From positions 711,740-775,739 of the forward strand of contig CM082578.2 in assembly GCA_040954595.2 (NCBI GenBank): DNA of 64,000 nucleotides, in the 5' to 3' direction. Below the pieces are notes generated by a model that worked only from the letters and a program-made list of their open reading frames with translations, searched no databases and had not been told where the DNA came from. Source of the DNA: Balanoglossus misakiensis. Its lineage: Eukaryota > Animalia > Hemichordata. Shown one piece after another: positions 36,168 through 48,596 of the stretch (its first letter is position 1; the number at the start of each line of letters is the position of its first letter). Position numbers and translations under genes: made by a program.

Positions 36168-38312
36168 TAATTTAGACTTGTGTTTTGAAATAAAATCAGT
36201 ATTATTAGAAAAATAAAGATATAATCCAACGCGAGGAATAACCTCATTCAGGTACATGATTCAAGAATGGCCTTTGTAACGAAAAAGCTGAGTAATGGTA
36301 CCAGATCTTGTTGCTTCACCAAGGCAAAGTGTTTGCCTCTGGTGGTAGGACATGACTGGGCAAGTGATCTGATTTGGCGGGTGACTTGTGCTTCAACAGT
36401 CGCTGCGCTCCTTGCCCGGTCATACTGCCAGAAGCACACTATGGTGAACAGCAATGAGGTCTGGGAGTGAGACTAGATAAAAGCAAAACTACACAGCAAG
36501 AGGTTAAATGTTCTTATACTGGCTCCTACGGTAAATCAATTCAAATACTTAATTCTCAACAATAGTTGTGAAAATTGTCTTCAGGCTCATCAATCAGTTA
36601 TAAATTCAAGATAAATGACATTTTGATAATAATGTAAATACACAGACACAAAAAAGACAACATGATGAAAATCACATCTGTTGCACTGGATAAAACTAAA
36701 AAAGGATGAAACTCGAATTTAAAATAGATATAGCTGTTGGGAAAATTGTTTTCCAAAGGAATTGTTTCCTGATAAATTAAACTCTGTAGCATGTCCATAA
36801 TTGAGAATTTGAAAGATATTTTAAAGTTGGTGTACAGGATCTGTAGAAATATTATGTGCATATCGTACAACTGCCTTATGATACTTATTTGCCAAAGAAT
36901 TTTGACAGTAGCCAATAACTTTCCCTGCAATACTCATAATATGAGAAAGCTGAAATCAACATTTACCTTTATTTACCTTTCCGGAAAATAATATTGACCA
37001 CCAGATTGCTTTTGATAAGGTAACGATAAAGTAGCGATACACCAACTGCAAATAATTTCAAGCGTATTAACTACAGAAGCTAATACATTGATTGATCATG
37101 TGTCTGTGAAAGGAATAGAAAGTGTGATGGTAAATGTTTTAAAAAAGACTTTACATTTTAGCTTTCATGAAGCTATAGCATCAAAATATAATTTAGACTT
37201 GTGTTTTGAAATAAAATAAGTATGGTGAGAAAATTAAAGAAGTAACCCGCCACGAGGAAAAACCTCATTCACGTACATGATTTAATAATGGCCTTGTTAC
37301 GGAAAAGCTGAGTGATGGTACCAGATCTTGTTGCTTCACCAAAGCAAAGTGTTTGCCTCTGGTGGTAGGACATGACCTGGCAAGTGATCTGATTTGGCGG
37401 GCGACTTGTGCTTGTCGCTGCGCTCCTTGCCTGGTCATACTGCCAGTTGCACACTAGGGTGCACAGCGATGAGGTCTGGGAGTAAGACTAGATAAAAGCA
37501 AAACAACCAAGCAAGAGTTACAAGTTTCAAAAAAAGCCTTTGTTACAGAAAAGCTGAGTGATGGTACCAGATCTTGTTGCTTCACCAAGGCAAAGTGTTT
37601 GCCTCTGGTGGTAGGACATGACTGGGCAAGTGATCTGATTTGGCGGGTGACTTGTGCTTCAACAGTCGCTGCGCTCCTTGCCCGGTCATACTGCCAGAAG
37701 CACACTAGGGTGCACAACAATGAGGTCTGGGAGTGAGACTAGATAAAAGCAAAACTACACAGCAAGAGGTTAAATGTTCTTATACTTGCTCCTACGGTAA
37801 ATCAATTCAAATACTTAATTGTCAACAATAGTTGTGAAAATTGTCTTCAGGCTCATCAATCAGTTATAAATTCAGGATAAATGACATGTTGATAAACAAT
37901 GTAAATACACAGACACAAAAAAGACAACATGATGAAAATCACATCTGCAGCACTGGATAAAACTAAAAAAGGATGAAACTAGAATTTAAAATAGATACAG
38001 CTGTTTTCCAATGGATTTGTTTCCTGATAAATTGAACTCTGTAGCATGTCCATAATTGGAGATTTTGAAAGATATTTTAAAGTGGGTGTTCAGGATCTGT
38101 AGAAATATTATGTGCATATCGTACAACTGCCTTATGATACTTATTTGCCAAAGAATTTTGACAGCAGCCAATAACTTTCCCTGCAATACTCATAATATGT
38201 GAAAGCTGAAATCAACATTTACCTTTATTTACCTTTCTGGAAAATAATATTGACCACCAGATTGCTTTCGATAAGGTAACGATAAGGTAGCGATACACCA
38301 ACCGCAAATAAT
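36050..38312 (+). repeat. Tandem duplication (~1.0 kb) of the ORF 3' end and 3' UTR, with a third copy of a ~220-bp sub-block
   Basis: ACTACAGAAGCTAATACATTGATTGA occurs at 36051 and 37070, and the second copy is frameshifted. CCAGATCTTGTTGC occurs at 36301, 37321 and 37567. Confidence 0.92.
36301..36464 (+). ncRNA. Candidate long structured RNA hairpin in the Helentron 3' UTR (copies at 37321-37479 and 37567-37730)
   Basis: Nested complementary segments with G-U pairs on the + strand; see findings. Confidence 0.4.
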
Positions 38313-38409
38313 TTGTCAAACACGATGTGATTTAACTTTCAGAAAAAGATATAAACTCTGGAGCAGGACAGGGTAATTAAGACAGGTTGTCTACTTGCCT
38401 TTAATGAGT

Positions 38410-38640
38410 TATTATTTATTATTATTATTATTAACAATTGTTTAAAATGCGCTACACATACGTCTCAGCGCATTGTACATAGCTAAAAGAGTAGATTAAA
38501 AATACAAGGCTGGTAAAAATAGTTAAAAGGACACAATCGAACACGTTACACATAAAACCGAGTAAAAAGGTAAGTTTTCAAATTACGCTTAAAAATATTG
38601 ACACTTCTGGCGGTTTTTGATATCAAGGGGTAAATTGTTA
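38410..38640 (-). mobile_element. Short 3' remnant of an L2-group LINE inside the Helentron
   Basis: The minus strand encodes NLPLDIK/TARSVNIFKRNLKTYLF, followed by an ATGCGCT...AGCGCAT stem and a (TAA)n tail. Confidence 0.65.
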
Positions 38641-38654
38641 GTTGTTAGAGTTAG

Positions 38655-38762
38655 TTGTCTATCTGTCTGTCTGTCTGTCTGTGTCATGCATGCAGGCATG
38701 TATGTATGTATGTATGTATGTATGTATGTATGTATGTGTGTATGTATGTATGTATGTATGTG
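38655..38762. repeat. Compound microsatellite (TCTG)n/(TATG)n
   Basis: Directly visible. Confidence 0.95.
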
Positions 38763-41489
38763 TAGTCATTTTCTATGTATATATACAATCGTTAAATATA
38801 TAAAGTATTTTAGAAAAATTTACATTCTTGCTTGGTATGATATAATTACAATTTAACAATGTTATTGCTACATCATGGGGTATTCACTTTTGTGTGTACA
38901 TTTGTTTGTATGATCATATACTATGCAATATTGAGTACATGTACATAATTCAACTGCCTTTAATACTGTGTGGTATAGTGTATATATTGGATTTTGTAAA
39001 AAGATACATCAAATACTGTATTGTGAACAACTTATTGTACTGGATGATTTTTTATTACAGTAAAGATATTTGCCTGCATTATGAGAGTAATAGAAATAAT
39101 TTAATTTGTACTTTTTATTCTGAAATAAGTTTCTTGATGTTTAGTATACCATGCAAATAACCAATTTTGAGTCGAGGTAGCCATTTTATAACATGATTTG
39201 ATATTTTTTAAATTGTCATTTGTGTTATCAAGCATGTTTTTTATCAAATAATTACGTATTTTCATTTTGTGTCAATTTAGTATTCAAAACTGGACCTGTT
39301 GTTTGACTTCTTGAAACATGGTGAACTGTATGGGGTCATAATTACACACCATTAAGACGGCTCTGAAGCGTCTCAGATCAGATACCATCTTAAAAAATCA
39401 TGAGTGTATAGTGGTTCTGAAACAGCTTAGATTTGAGACGGCTTTGCCGGTCAGACCTGAGCCGGTGTAAAGAATTACTGTAACACCTCTTCGTAACCCA
39501 TTGTCTATGGGACTAAGCCTCAGCGCCCTTAAGTGGGTTCACATCTTGGCCCATGGCCAGGCACAACTAATCCATATGATTGTGACAAGATAAGCTAATC
39601 TTTAGTCCCTGTTCATATTGAGTTTGGCACAGTCCTGCCCAGCGGTGTCTTGCCAACCTTTGACCTTATAAAGCACAACCATGTTGGTCCTCTTATGGAT
39701 GTTTATACGATTTTCACCATTGTCAAACGATAGACTACACTGATTTGTCAATTGTAAAAGGTGTCAACTTGGACCAGAGTCGGACAAAACGTGTCCACAC
39801 ACATCTTGCTGCGACCAGAGTAGGACCAGAGTAGGATACAAACCACCCCATTCAACTGGTACAAAAATTGTCCGGACAAAAATCGGCCAGACCCGTTCAC
39901 ACCTGTTTTTGTGCTCGTCCACGGACCTTACTAGGAAAAGGTCCTAGCCTTTTTTTAGTATTGTGAACGGCCTAATAAACTGTGTGCGTGTGCAGCGACT
40001 CAAAGGATTAATGCTCTGTGTTTACCAGTACAGTACTGTACTGGTGAACTATGCTTGTATATCAAAATACAAGATTGAACATTCAGATAAATAATTTATG
40101 ATGTCCACCCAGTTTTTCACTGTTAGCTAAACTTTTATCCATGTATTTGAATATATAGCCAGTGTTGCAAACTATTTAGACCACATGGATCTTGGCATGA
40201 GATCTCAGAGTGTAGTAATTTCTTTTATGTATAGCTGCCATGTACACTGCTATGGCAATGTTATTTGTCAAAAGGAAACACACTTTGGTACAGGTAGTTC
40301 ATTTCATGTCACACACAAAATCACAACTTTGCATACAGCAAAGGGGTATTTACTGACCCCTTTTTAGGTTATGCACTGACAGCATATTGCACAGTGAGTG
40401 ACTTTATGCAGGTATTCTATGTATTCTTGAATGATATCAAAAAGGGCAAACAAAAGCTACTGTGTCCCTTTAACAAATGATCTGCAATTAAGGCTTGTAG
40501 ACAATCAAGTTGTCAGATTATGTTTAATGACTATTTCTGTCAATGCAGTATGTCCCGATTTTCTAAAATTGTGCGCAACAAGAAATGTCTTAAAGGATAT
40601 GCTGAACTGTATTTTAAAATTCAAGTAGACTTTTGTCAAGGTCAGATTTGTTGTGTTTTATGTTAGATATGTCCTCATAATAAATATATGTTCTTAAGTA
40701 TTTGTCGTGTTAAATATGCACTGTATCGAATGGATGTTCAAACAATTTAGAAAGATGCTAACTTAATTTCAGTAATCCTCTTTTTCAGAAATTAAATGGT
40801 GTCTGAACTTATTTAGTGATTATTATACTTGGCCATTGTCAGCTGGATATAATTGCTTAAAACTGTGAACAATTCTAATCTGTGTTTTTAGTTTCTTGCA
40901 TAACAAAAATAAACCTCAACTGATGTCAACCGTTTGTTTTACGTGCTTCAGATAAACCTGTAAGTTGAATCATTGCTTTTTAACAGAAGCATTTTACTGT
41001 AGTCATATCTTTATTTTAGTCTACATTATAGGTCGCTGACCAGTTAAAACAAAATGTCCACGTCTCACTTTCGTGTCTCTCTGTACTCTGTACAATATAT
41101 CTGGTTTGGTAGATTTTCCGGATACCGAGATAAAGAAAACTGGAAGGTCACACAAACATTTCACAAATTGTCACATACTAGTAAAGATCCAAAACACAAA
41201 ACACGTAAGCCCTCTTATTTTTAAGGATACTATTTGTTATAGGCAAAAGAAGGAGATGAAGTATAAGAACGCATTAAGTGTTTCAACATATCAAGATAAT
41301 GAAAAGTAAAAGGTCATCCCAAAGTTAACCAAAAAATTGTCACAAATTGGGTCCCATACTGGTCCCAGCTTTCCTTCTGCCACTATTGGTCAGCGTAAAA
41401 TTTAATGTGGTAAGGTGTCCGACAACATGAGTTGTTTCATCCCTCCAAATGCTAAGACCGAATCTGCCCTGGATGCTTCGATTTGTAAA

Positions 41490-42560
41490 AGTAGGTCAAA
41501 GTTCACCCAAAATTTGCTGCACAATTTTTTGATGCCATACTGGTCCATGTCCAACTGAAACGAAACTGCTAGCTGTGTTGGTTAGTCTGGAATTAGGTAT
41601 GTGCATAATTAATGAGGTTAAGAAGGTGACACAGATTACCCCAAAATTTGGCTTTTCATTTTTGTCCCATGCCTTAAAAAGCCAAGGACGTATCTCCTGC
41701 CGATGCCAAGATATGGGAAAGCAGGTTAAAGGTCAGCTCAGGTCACCCTAAATTTGGGCAAAAGCTTGTGACTCCATATTGGTCCATGTTCAACTGAAAC
41801 GAAACTGCTAGCTGTGTTGGTTAGCCTGGAATTAGGTATGTACATAATTAATGAGGTTAAGAAGGTGACACAGATTACCCCAAAATTAGGCTTTTCATTT
41901 TTGTCCCACCCCTTAAAAAGCCAAGGACGTATCTCCTGTGGATGCCAAGATATGGGAAAGCAGGTTAAAGGTCAGCTCAGGTCACCCTAAATTTGGGCAA
42001 AAGCTTGTGACTCCATATTGGTCCATGTTCAACTGAAACGAAACTGCTAGCTATGTTGGTTAGCCTGGAATTAGGTATGTGCATAATTAATGAGGTTAAG
42101 AAGGTGACACAGATTACCCCAAAATTAGGCTTTTCATTTTTGTCCCACCCCTTAAAAAGCCAAGGACGTATCTCCTGTGAATGCCAAGATATGGGAAAGC
42201 AGGTTAAAGGTCAGCTCAGGTCACCCTAAATTTGGGCAAAAGCTTGTGACCCCATATTGGTCCATGTTCAACAAAAACCAGACCTCTAGTCCGTTTGGTT
42301 GGCCTGGAATCAGGTATGTGCAAAATTAATGAGGTTAAGAAGGTGTCACAGATGACCCAAAAATTTGGCTTTTCATTTTGATCCCATCCCTCCAAAGGAC
42401 AAGGCTGTAGCTGCTGTTGGTACCGAGATATGGTAAAGAAGATTAAAGGTCACCTGATGTCATCCAAAATTTGGGCAAAAACTGTTGACCACATATTGGT
42501 CCATGTTCAACAAAAAAAACCCCCACCTCTAGCCCTATTGGTTCGCTTGGAATTATAATG
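41490..42560. repeat. ~240-bp tandem repeat, ~4 copies, related to the Helentron subterminal repeats
   Basis: TGGTCCATGTTCAAC recurs near 41541, 41780, 42020 and 42258. It shares AAAGGTCA/GGTCACCC motifs with the left units. Confidence 0.85.
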
Positions 42561-43716
42561 GGCATAATTAATGGGGTAATGTGTGAGACTCGGTCAGGTG
42601 TTCCATCCCTCCAAATGCTAAGTCTGTACCTGCAGTGGATGCCAAGATATAAGAAAGTAGGTCAAAGGTCACCTAAGGTCACCCAACATTTGGGCAAAGA
42701 TTTTTGACCCCATATTGGTCCATGTCCAACAAAATCCAAACCTCTAGCTCTAATGGTTCGCCTGTAATTAGGTATCTGCATATTTAATGAGGTCAGCAGG
42801 GGACAATGGGGTCATGAAAAGTAGCAAAATATTTTGATCACACACTAATCTTCATGCATCAAAAACGAAACTTATAGCCCTATTGGTTAGCCTGGAATTA
42901 GATATGCAGAAAAATGGTGCGTCAAATGTAGGTCAAAGGTCATTGCCAAAATTACCAAAATATTCATAGCTTATTCTTGGCATATGATGATTCATATCCA
43001 TAAAAAGAATTTCTGTGCTATCAATTTTTAGGCTAGAAAGGGAATTTTTACTTTTTTATCGTTTTTCACAAAATCCAATATGGCCGCCATAATCTTCGAC
43101 CAATCACATTCACCTTCGCAAACTTGATAGACATCTGTTTAATGACCACACACACCAAATCTTGTGACTCAGTTATCTCCGGTTCTTGAGAAGAAGATTT
43201 TTGAAATTTTACTAGGGTTTTTCGAAAATCCAATATGGCCGCCATAATCTTCGACCAATCACATTCACCTTCGCAAACTTGATAGACCTCAGTTTGGTGA
43301 CCACATACCCCAAAGGGCGTGACTCGGTTATCGCCGGTTCTGGAGAAGAAGATTTTTGAAATTTTGACCAGATTTCAGAAAAACAACTGTAGCAAAAAAA
43401 CTGCAACATTGACAGCAAAATATCCAATTACAAAAATGATGGGCAGAAGGTACACTACCAGCACACCAAATCTGAAATAAATCTGACTTGTAGTTTCTGA
43501 GATCTGAGATTTGCATTTTTTCAGAAAATCCAATATGGCCGCCATGTCACGTGACTAATTAAAAATTCAAGAGTTCAATGCACAACTACCCATTGACCTT
43601 GACCACTGTAGCAAGTTTGAGAAGTGTACCTGCAGCGGTGTCTGAGATCTAGAGCGACAAAGAAATGACAGAAGAATAAAGAAAGAAGAAAGACAGAAAA
43701 ACCCCAACGAAACCAA

Positions 43717-43928
43717 TAGGGCCCAAGCGCTGGTATGCGCTTGGGCCCTAAAGACTGAAAAATACCAACGAAACCAATAGGGCCCAAGCCTGGCTTGGCT
43801 TGGGCCCTAAAGAAAGACAGAAAAACCCCAGCGAAACCAATACGGGCCCAAGCCTGGCTTGGCTTGGGCCCGTAAAAAAACCCAACGAAACCAATAGGGC
43901 CCAAGCGCTGGTATGCGCTTGGGCCCTA
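43717..43928 (+). other. Four stacked Helentron right-terminal hairpins
   Basis: Hairpins at 43717-43750, 43778-43809, 43841-43874 and 43895-43928, each preceded by CGAAACCAA. Confidence 0.93.
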
Positions 43929-45097
43929 AAAATGTCATGCCCTCCCTGCTTCTCTATAGTTGTTCATAAAATGTTACTCCCACCCCAAGGGTAGTAATGG
44001 TACTTGAACTGTTAGTAACATATCATGCCCATGTTCCTAGTTATGAACTGAAACGTTTAGGCTAATCAACTGTAATGGTCATGTACTTGGTTTAGTAAAA
44101 TGTCTGCCAATGTCTTGCCTAGTTCTACAACTCATAATAAAATGCCATGCCCTCCCCTAGTTCCGTACTGTAGGGGTCAATAAAACGCATTATCTGGCCA
44201 CCCCTAGCTCTTAAGTTGATCGTATGCCATGCCGAAACCTAGTTCTGTATTGTGACTTAGAGCTGCGATGGTCCTATAAAGCTTATAAAACTTGTGCACA
44301 CTTCAAATAGGCAGAAAATGTCATGTGTACAGACTGATAATAAACTGTCATTTCATCCCAGCTATGCACTCAAAAAATGACGTGGCATTAACACTAGAGG
44401 ACGTGTACTGATCTGAGTGAATCAGATCCCGTGCGGAGTACGGTGCCCAGAGTACACGTGTACTAGTAGAGAAATGCCAAGTGTTGCTACATCTTCGCGC
44501 TTCTCCCGCCATTGCTCTCTGGAAAATAGGAGTGTGGTCGAGCGAACTGGTGCGAGCGGAAAGTCGTGTTGCGACCGTCGGTGAGGCGAATTAAGACACA
44601 GCAAATAATAATAGTGTCTGTAACGACTATCACACCAAAACTCATTTACAGTAAATATAAAAACCGACTACGTCGGAGAAGTGTTTCGACGTGTCTTCGT
44701 TCTCGAGGAGCCATTTGTATCTGCATTTGCATACCAGAAAGCCACGCCTCCCAGCCTCGTTCGCGGGTGACTTGTTTGTAATTGGCAAAGGCGAGTTAGT
44801 CATGTGCTTAGTTTGTTGGGTGTCAATGTAATCGTCCATGTTAACTTATTTGGTACAATTCGAGACATATGCACTCAAAAATGATGTGGCATTAAACACT
44901 AGAGGACGTGTACTGATCTGAGTGAATCAGATCCCGTGAGGAGTACGGTGCCCAGAGTACACGTGTACTAGTAGAGAAATGCCAAGTGTTGCTACATCTT
45001 CGCGCTTCGCCCGCCATTGCTCTCCGGAAAATAGGAGTGTGGTCGAGCGAACACGTGCGAGCGGAAAGTCGTGTTGCGACCGTCGGTGAGGCGAAGT

Positions 45098-46594
45098 AGT
45101 CCTGTTTCAAGATGACCTACATTACAGGTCCTATGCACATGTATTACATGTTGTGATTGGTTTATCCGCTTCTCTAAGGTCCACTTGTGGCACGCTGATT
45201 GGAGGGACCTTATGTGTTAGGTCTTATTACTATGTATTATTCACCAGACCTTGTAGGTTAGGTCTTATTACTATGCATTATTCACTTTACAGCTCCCTGA
45301 TTGGTTAATGTGTAGGTCTGGTCCTCCAGTGTTCACTGCCTCATTATGCAGGACCTTGTAGCTTAGGTCTTATTAATATGTATTTATTCACCATACAGCT
45401 CCCTGATTGGTTAACGTGTCAGTCTGGTCCCCCCAGTGTTCACTGCCTCTTTGTGAAATGTCCCATGTGCTTCCTGGCTAGCGTTGTGGTAACACATTAT
45501 TCGGGGTGTCCGCAGATCGTTCATTGATTTTCTGAGAAATAGCCTGACTGATACTATCTCCAACATAAACCGCACCCTGGAAAGATTAAATGATCTTTTA
45601 GGTGGACTTTGAAAATCTGATTAACTCATCTAAGCATTTTAGCTAAGTTGTATATTTTTTTAATCACCCTCCTACTTCTCATCATCAATTTTATTATTGT
45701 TGTTATTACTATTTTAAAGTAAATTTGTTTTGACGAAGATGTTGTGATAAGGAGCACGTTGTCCGTTTATACATTCGTATATTGTTTTCATAAAATGGAA
45801 CTGTGACGGTGCAGCTTCGTGAAAGAAGTACAATAAAAGTAATCATACCTGTAAAGCAACTAATGAGGTATCCCAAAGAAATGCAATGCTATTCTAAACA
45901 TTTCTATTGTAAGATTTTTTTGGTTTGCTCGAATGAATAGCACACACTTCGTATTCAGCCAGATGTTACAGGAAGTGATGCGCTGAAAGGCATTACGTAA
46001 CAAAACACTAGCCCATTTCAACAAACCGCCACTGGAAATAAAATAAAAAAATTCTCCTGGCAATAATTATTTCGAGTATCTAGTTCACAGTATCACATAA
46101 AATGCCATAAATAGTGTGAAGGAAAATGTGAAATCCAATCATTATATGAGTGCCTTTCTTTATACACTGGGATCGATCGCGAGCTTCGACCACGCGCAGG
46201 CAGCATGCCAGACATTATACGACAACTGTATTCAGAAAGTACAAAAGAATTTGCATAACGAGGCAGTGAAAACTGGAGACCTACACATTAACCAATCAGG
46301 GAGCTGACAATTGAATAAATACATATTAATAAGACCTAACCTACAAGGTCCTGCATAATGAGACAGTGAACACTGGAGGACCAGACCAACACATTAACCA
46401 ATCAGGGAGCTGTAAAGTGAATAATACATAGTAATAAGACCTAACCTACAAGGTCTAGTGAATAATACATAATGATAAGACCTAACACATAAGGTCCCTC
46501 CAATCAGCGTGCCGCAAGTGGACCTAAGATTACCAGATGGACCAATCACAGATGTGGGTACATATGTCATGGACCTGACTTATGAAACAGGACT
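45098..46594. mobile_element. PIF/Harbinger-like MITE (AGTCCTGTTTCA termini, long imperfect TIR arms, 3-bp TSD ATT)
   Basis: 45098-~45440 is inverted against ~46263-46594. It interrupts GGCGAATTAAGACAC of a 504-bp unit; the left TSD has mutated to AGT. Confidence 0.8.
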
Positions 46595-47627
46595 ATTAAG
46601 ACACAGCGCTAATAATAGTGTCTGTAACGACTATCACACCAAAACTCATTTACAGTAAATATAAAAACAGACTACGTCGGAGAAGTGTTTCGACGTGTCT
46701 TCGTTCTCGAGGAGCCATTTGTATCTGCATTTGCATACCAGAAAGCCACGCCTTCCAGCCTCGTTCGCGGGTGACTTGTTTGTAATTGCCAAAGGCGAGT
46801 TAGTCATGTGCTTAGTTTGTTGGGTGTCCATGTAATCGTCCATGTTAACTTATTTGGTACAATTCGAGACATATGCACTCAAAAATGATGTGGCATTAAA
46901 CACTAGAGGACGTGTACTGATCTGAGTGAATCAGATCCCGTGAGGAGTACGGTGCCCAGAGTACACGTGTCCTAGTAAAGAAATGCCAAATGTTGCTACA
47001 TCTTCGCGCTTCGCCCGCCAAGGTCGCCATTGCTCTCCGGAAAATAGGAGACTGCATGTAGTTGAGCGAGCACGTGCGAACGGACGATGGTATTGCTACC
47101 GTCGACGAGGCGAATTAAGACACAGCGCTAATACTAGTGTCTGTCACGACTATCACACCAAAACTGTCCTTTACAGTAAATATAAAAAAGCTATTCAAGT
47201 CGGAGGAGTCTTTCCACGAGTCTTCGATATCGAGGAGCCATTTGTATCTGCATAAATTTGCATTTCCAGTCTCGTTCGCGGATGACTTGTTTGTATTTGT
47301 CAAAGGCGAGTTAGGCACGTGCTTAGTTTGTTGGGTGTCAATGTAATCGTCCATGTTAACTTATTTGGTACAATTCGAGACATATGCACTCAAAAATGGT
47401 GTGGCATTAAACACTAGAGGACGTGTACTGATCTGAGTGAATCAGATCCCGTGAGGAGTACGGTGCCCAGAGTACACTTGTCCTAGTAAAGAAATGCCAA
47501 ATGTTGCTACACCTTCGCGCTTCGCCCGCCAAGGTCGCCATTGCTCTCCGGAAAATTGGAGACTGCATGTAGTTGAGCGAGCACGTGCGAACGGACGATG
47601 GTGTTGCTACCGTCGACGAGGCGAATT

Positions 47628-48596
47628 AGTCCTGTTTCAAAATGACCTACATTACAGGTCCTATGCACACGTATTACATGTTCTGATTGGTTTATCCGCT
47701 TCTCTAAGGTCCACTTGCGGCTCGCTGATTGGAGGGACCTTATGTGTTAGGTCTTATTACTATGTATTATTCACCAGACCTTGTAGGTTAGGTCTTATTA
47801 CTATGCATTATTCACTTTACAGCTCCCTGATTGGTTAATGTGTAGGTCTGGTCCTCCAGTGTTCACTGCCTCATTATGCAGGACCTTGTAGGTTAGGTCT
47901 TATTAATATGTATTTATTCACCATACAGCTCCCTGATTGGTTAACGTGTCAGTCTGTATGGCCAGATGTTACACGAAGTGATGCGCTGAAAGGCATTACG
48001 TAACAAAACACTAGCCCATTTCAACAAACCGCCACTGGAAATAAATGCGAAATTTCTCCTGGCAATTTTTATTTCGAGTATCTAGTTCACAGTTCCACAT
48101 AAAATGCCATGAATAGTGTGAAGGAAAATGTGAAATCCAATCATTATATGAGTGCCTTTCTTTATACACTGGGATCGATCACGAGCTTCGACCACGCGCA
48201 GGTAGCATGCCAGACAGAATACGACAACAGTATTCAGAAAGTACAAAAGACTTTGCATAACGAGGCAGTGAAAACTGGAGACCTACACATTAACCAATCA
48301 GGGAACTGAAAATTGAATAAATACATATTAATAAGACCTAACCTACAAGGTCCTGCATAATGAGGCAGTGAACACTGGAGGACAAGACCTACACATTAAC
48401 CAATCAAGGAGCTGTAAAGTGAATAATACATAGTAATAAGACCTAACCTACAAGGTCTAGTGAATAATACATAATGATAAGACCTAACACATAAGGTCCC
48501 TCCAATCAGCGCGCCGCAAGTGGACCTAAGATTACCAGATGGACCAATCACAGATGTCGGTACATATGTCATGGACCTGACTTATGAAACAGGACT
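47628..48596. mobile_element. Second, internally deleted copy (969 bp) of the same MITE at the homologous site
   Basis: Same termini, with ATT at 47625-47627 and 48597-48599. It lacks ~530 bp of the first copy's interior. Confidence 0.85.

Larger units (their letters stand above)
22467..43750 (+). mobile_element. Innermost, putatively autonomous Helentron (21.3 kb)
   Basis: Runs from the fifth left end to the first right hairpin. It shares diagnostic variants (GACCTCAGTTTGGT, CAGCAAAATATCC) between 22850-23748 and 42650-43550 that are absent from the other four units. Confidence 0.8.
17092..43928 (+). mobile_element. Composite Helentron (Helitron2) complex, 26.8 kb
   Basis: Left end ATTAAAGCTGCAAGCAGC (GCTGC-AA-GCAGC hairpin) plus subTIR GGGCCCAAGC. 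Right end hairpin TAGGGCCCAAGC...GCTTGGGCCCTA. Inserted at A|A (T|T on the minus strand) with no TSD relative to the empty paralogous sites. Contains a Rep-helicase-endonuclease ORF. Confidence 0.93.

Noticed and set aside
22850-43550. LTR retrotransposon interpretation of the long direct repeats
   Set aside because: No TG...CA ends, PBS, gag/pol or TSD. The enclosed ORF is a Rep-helicase.
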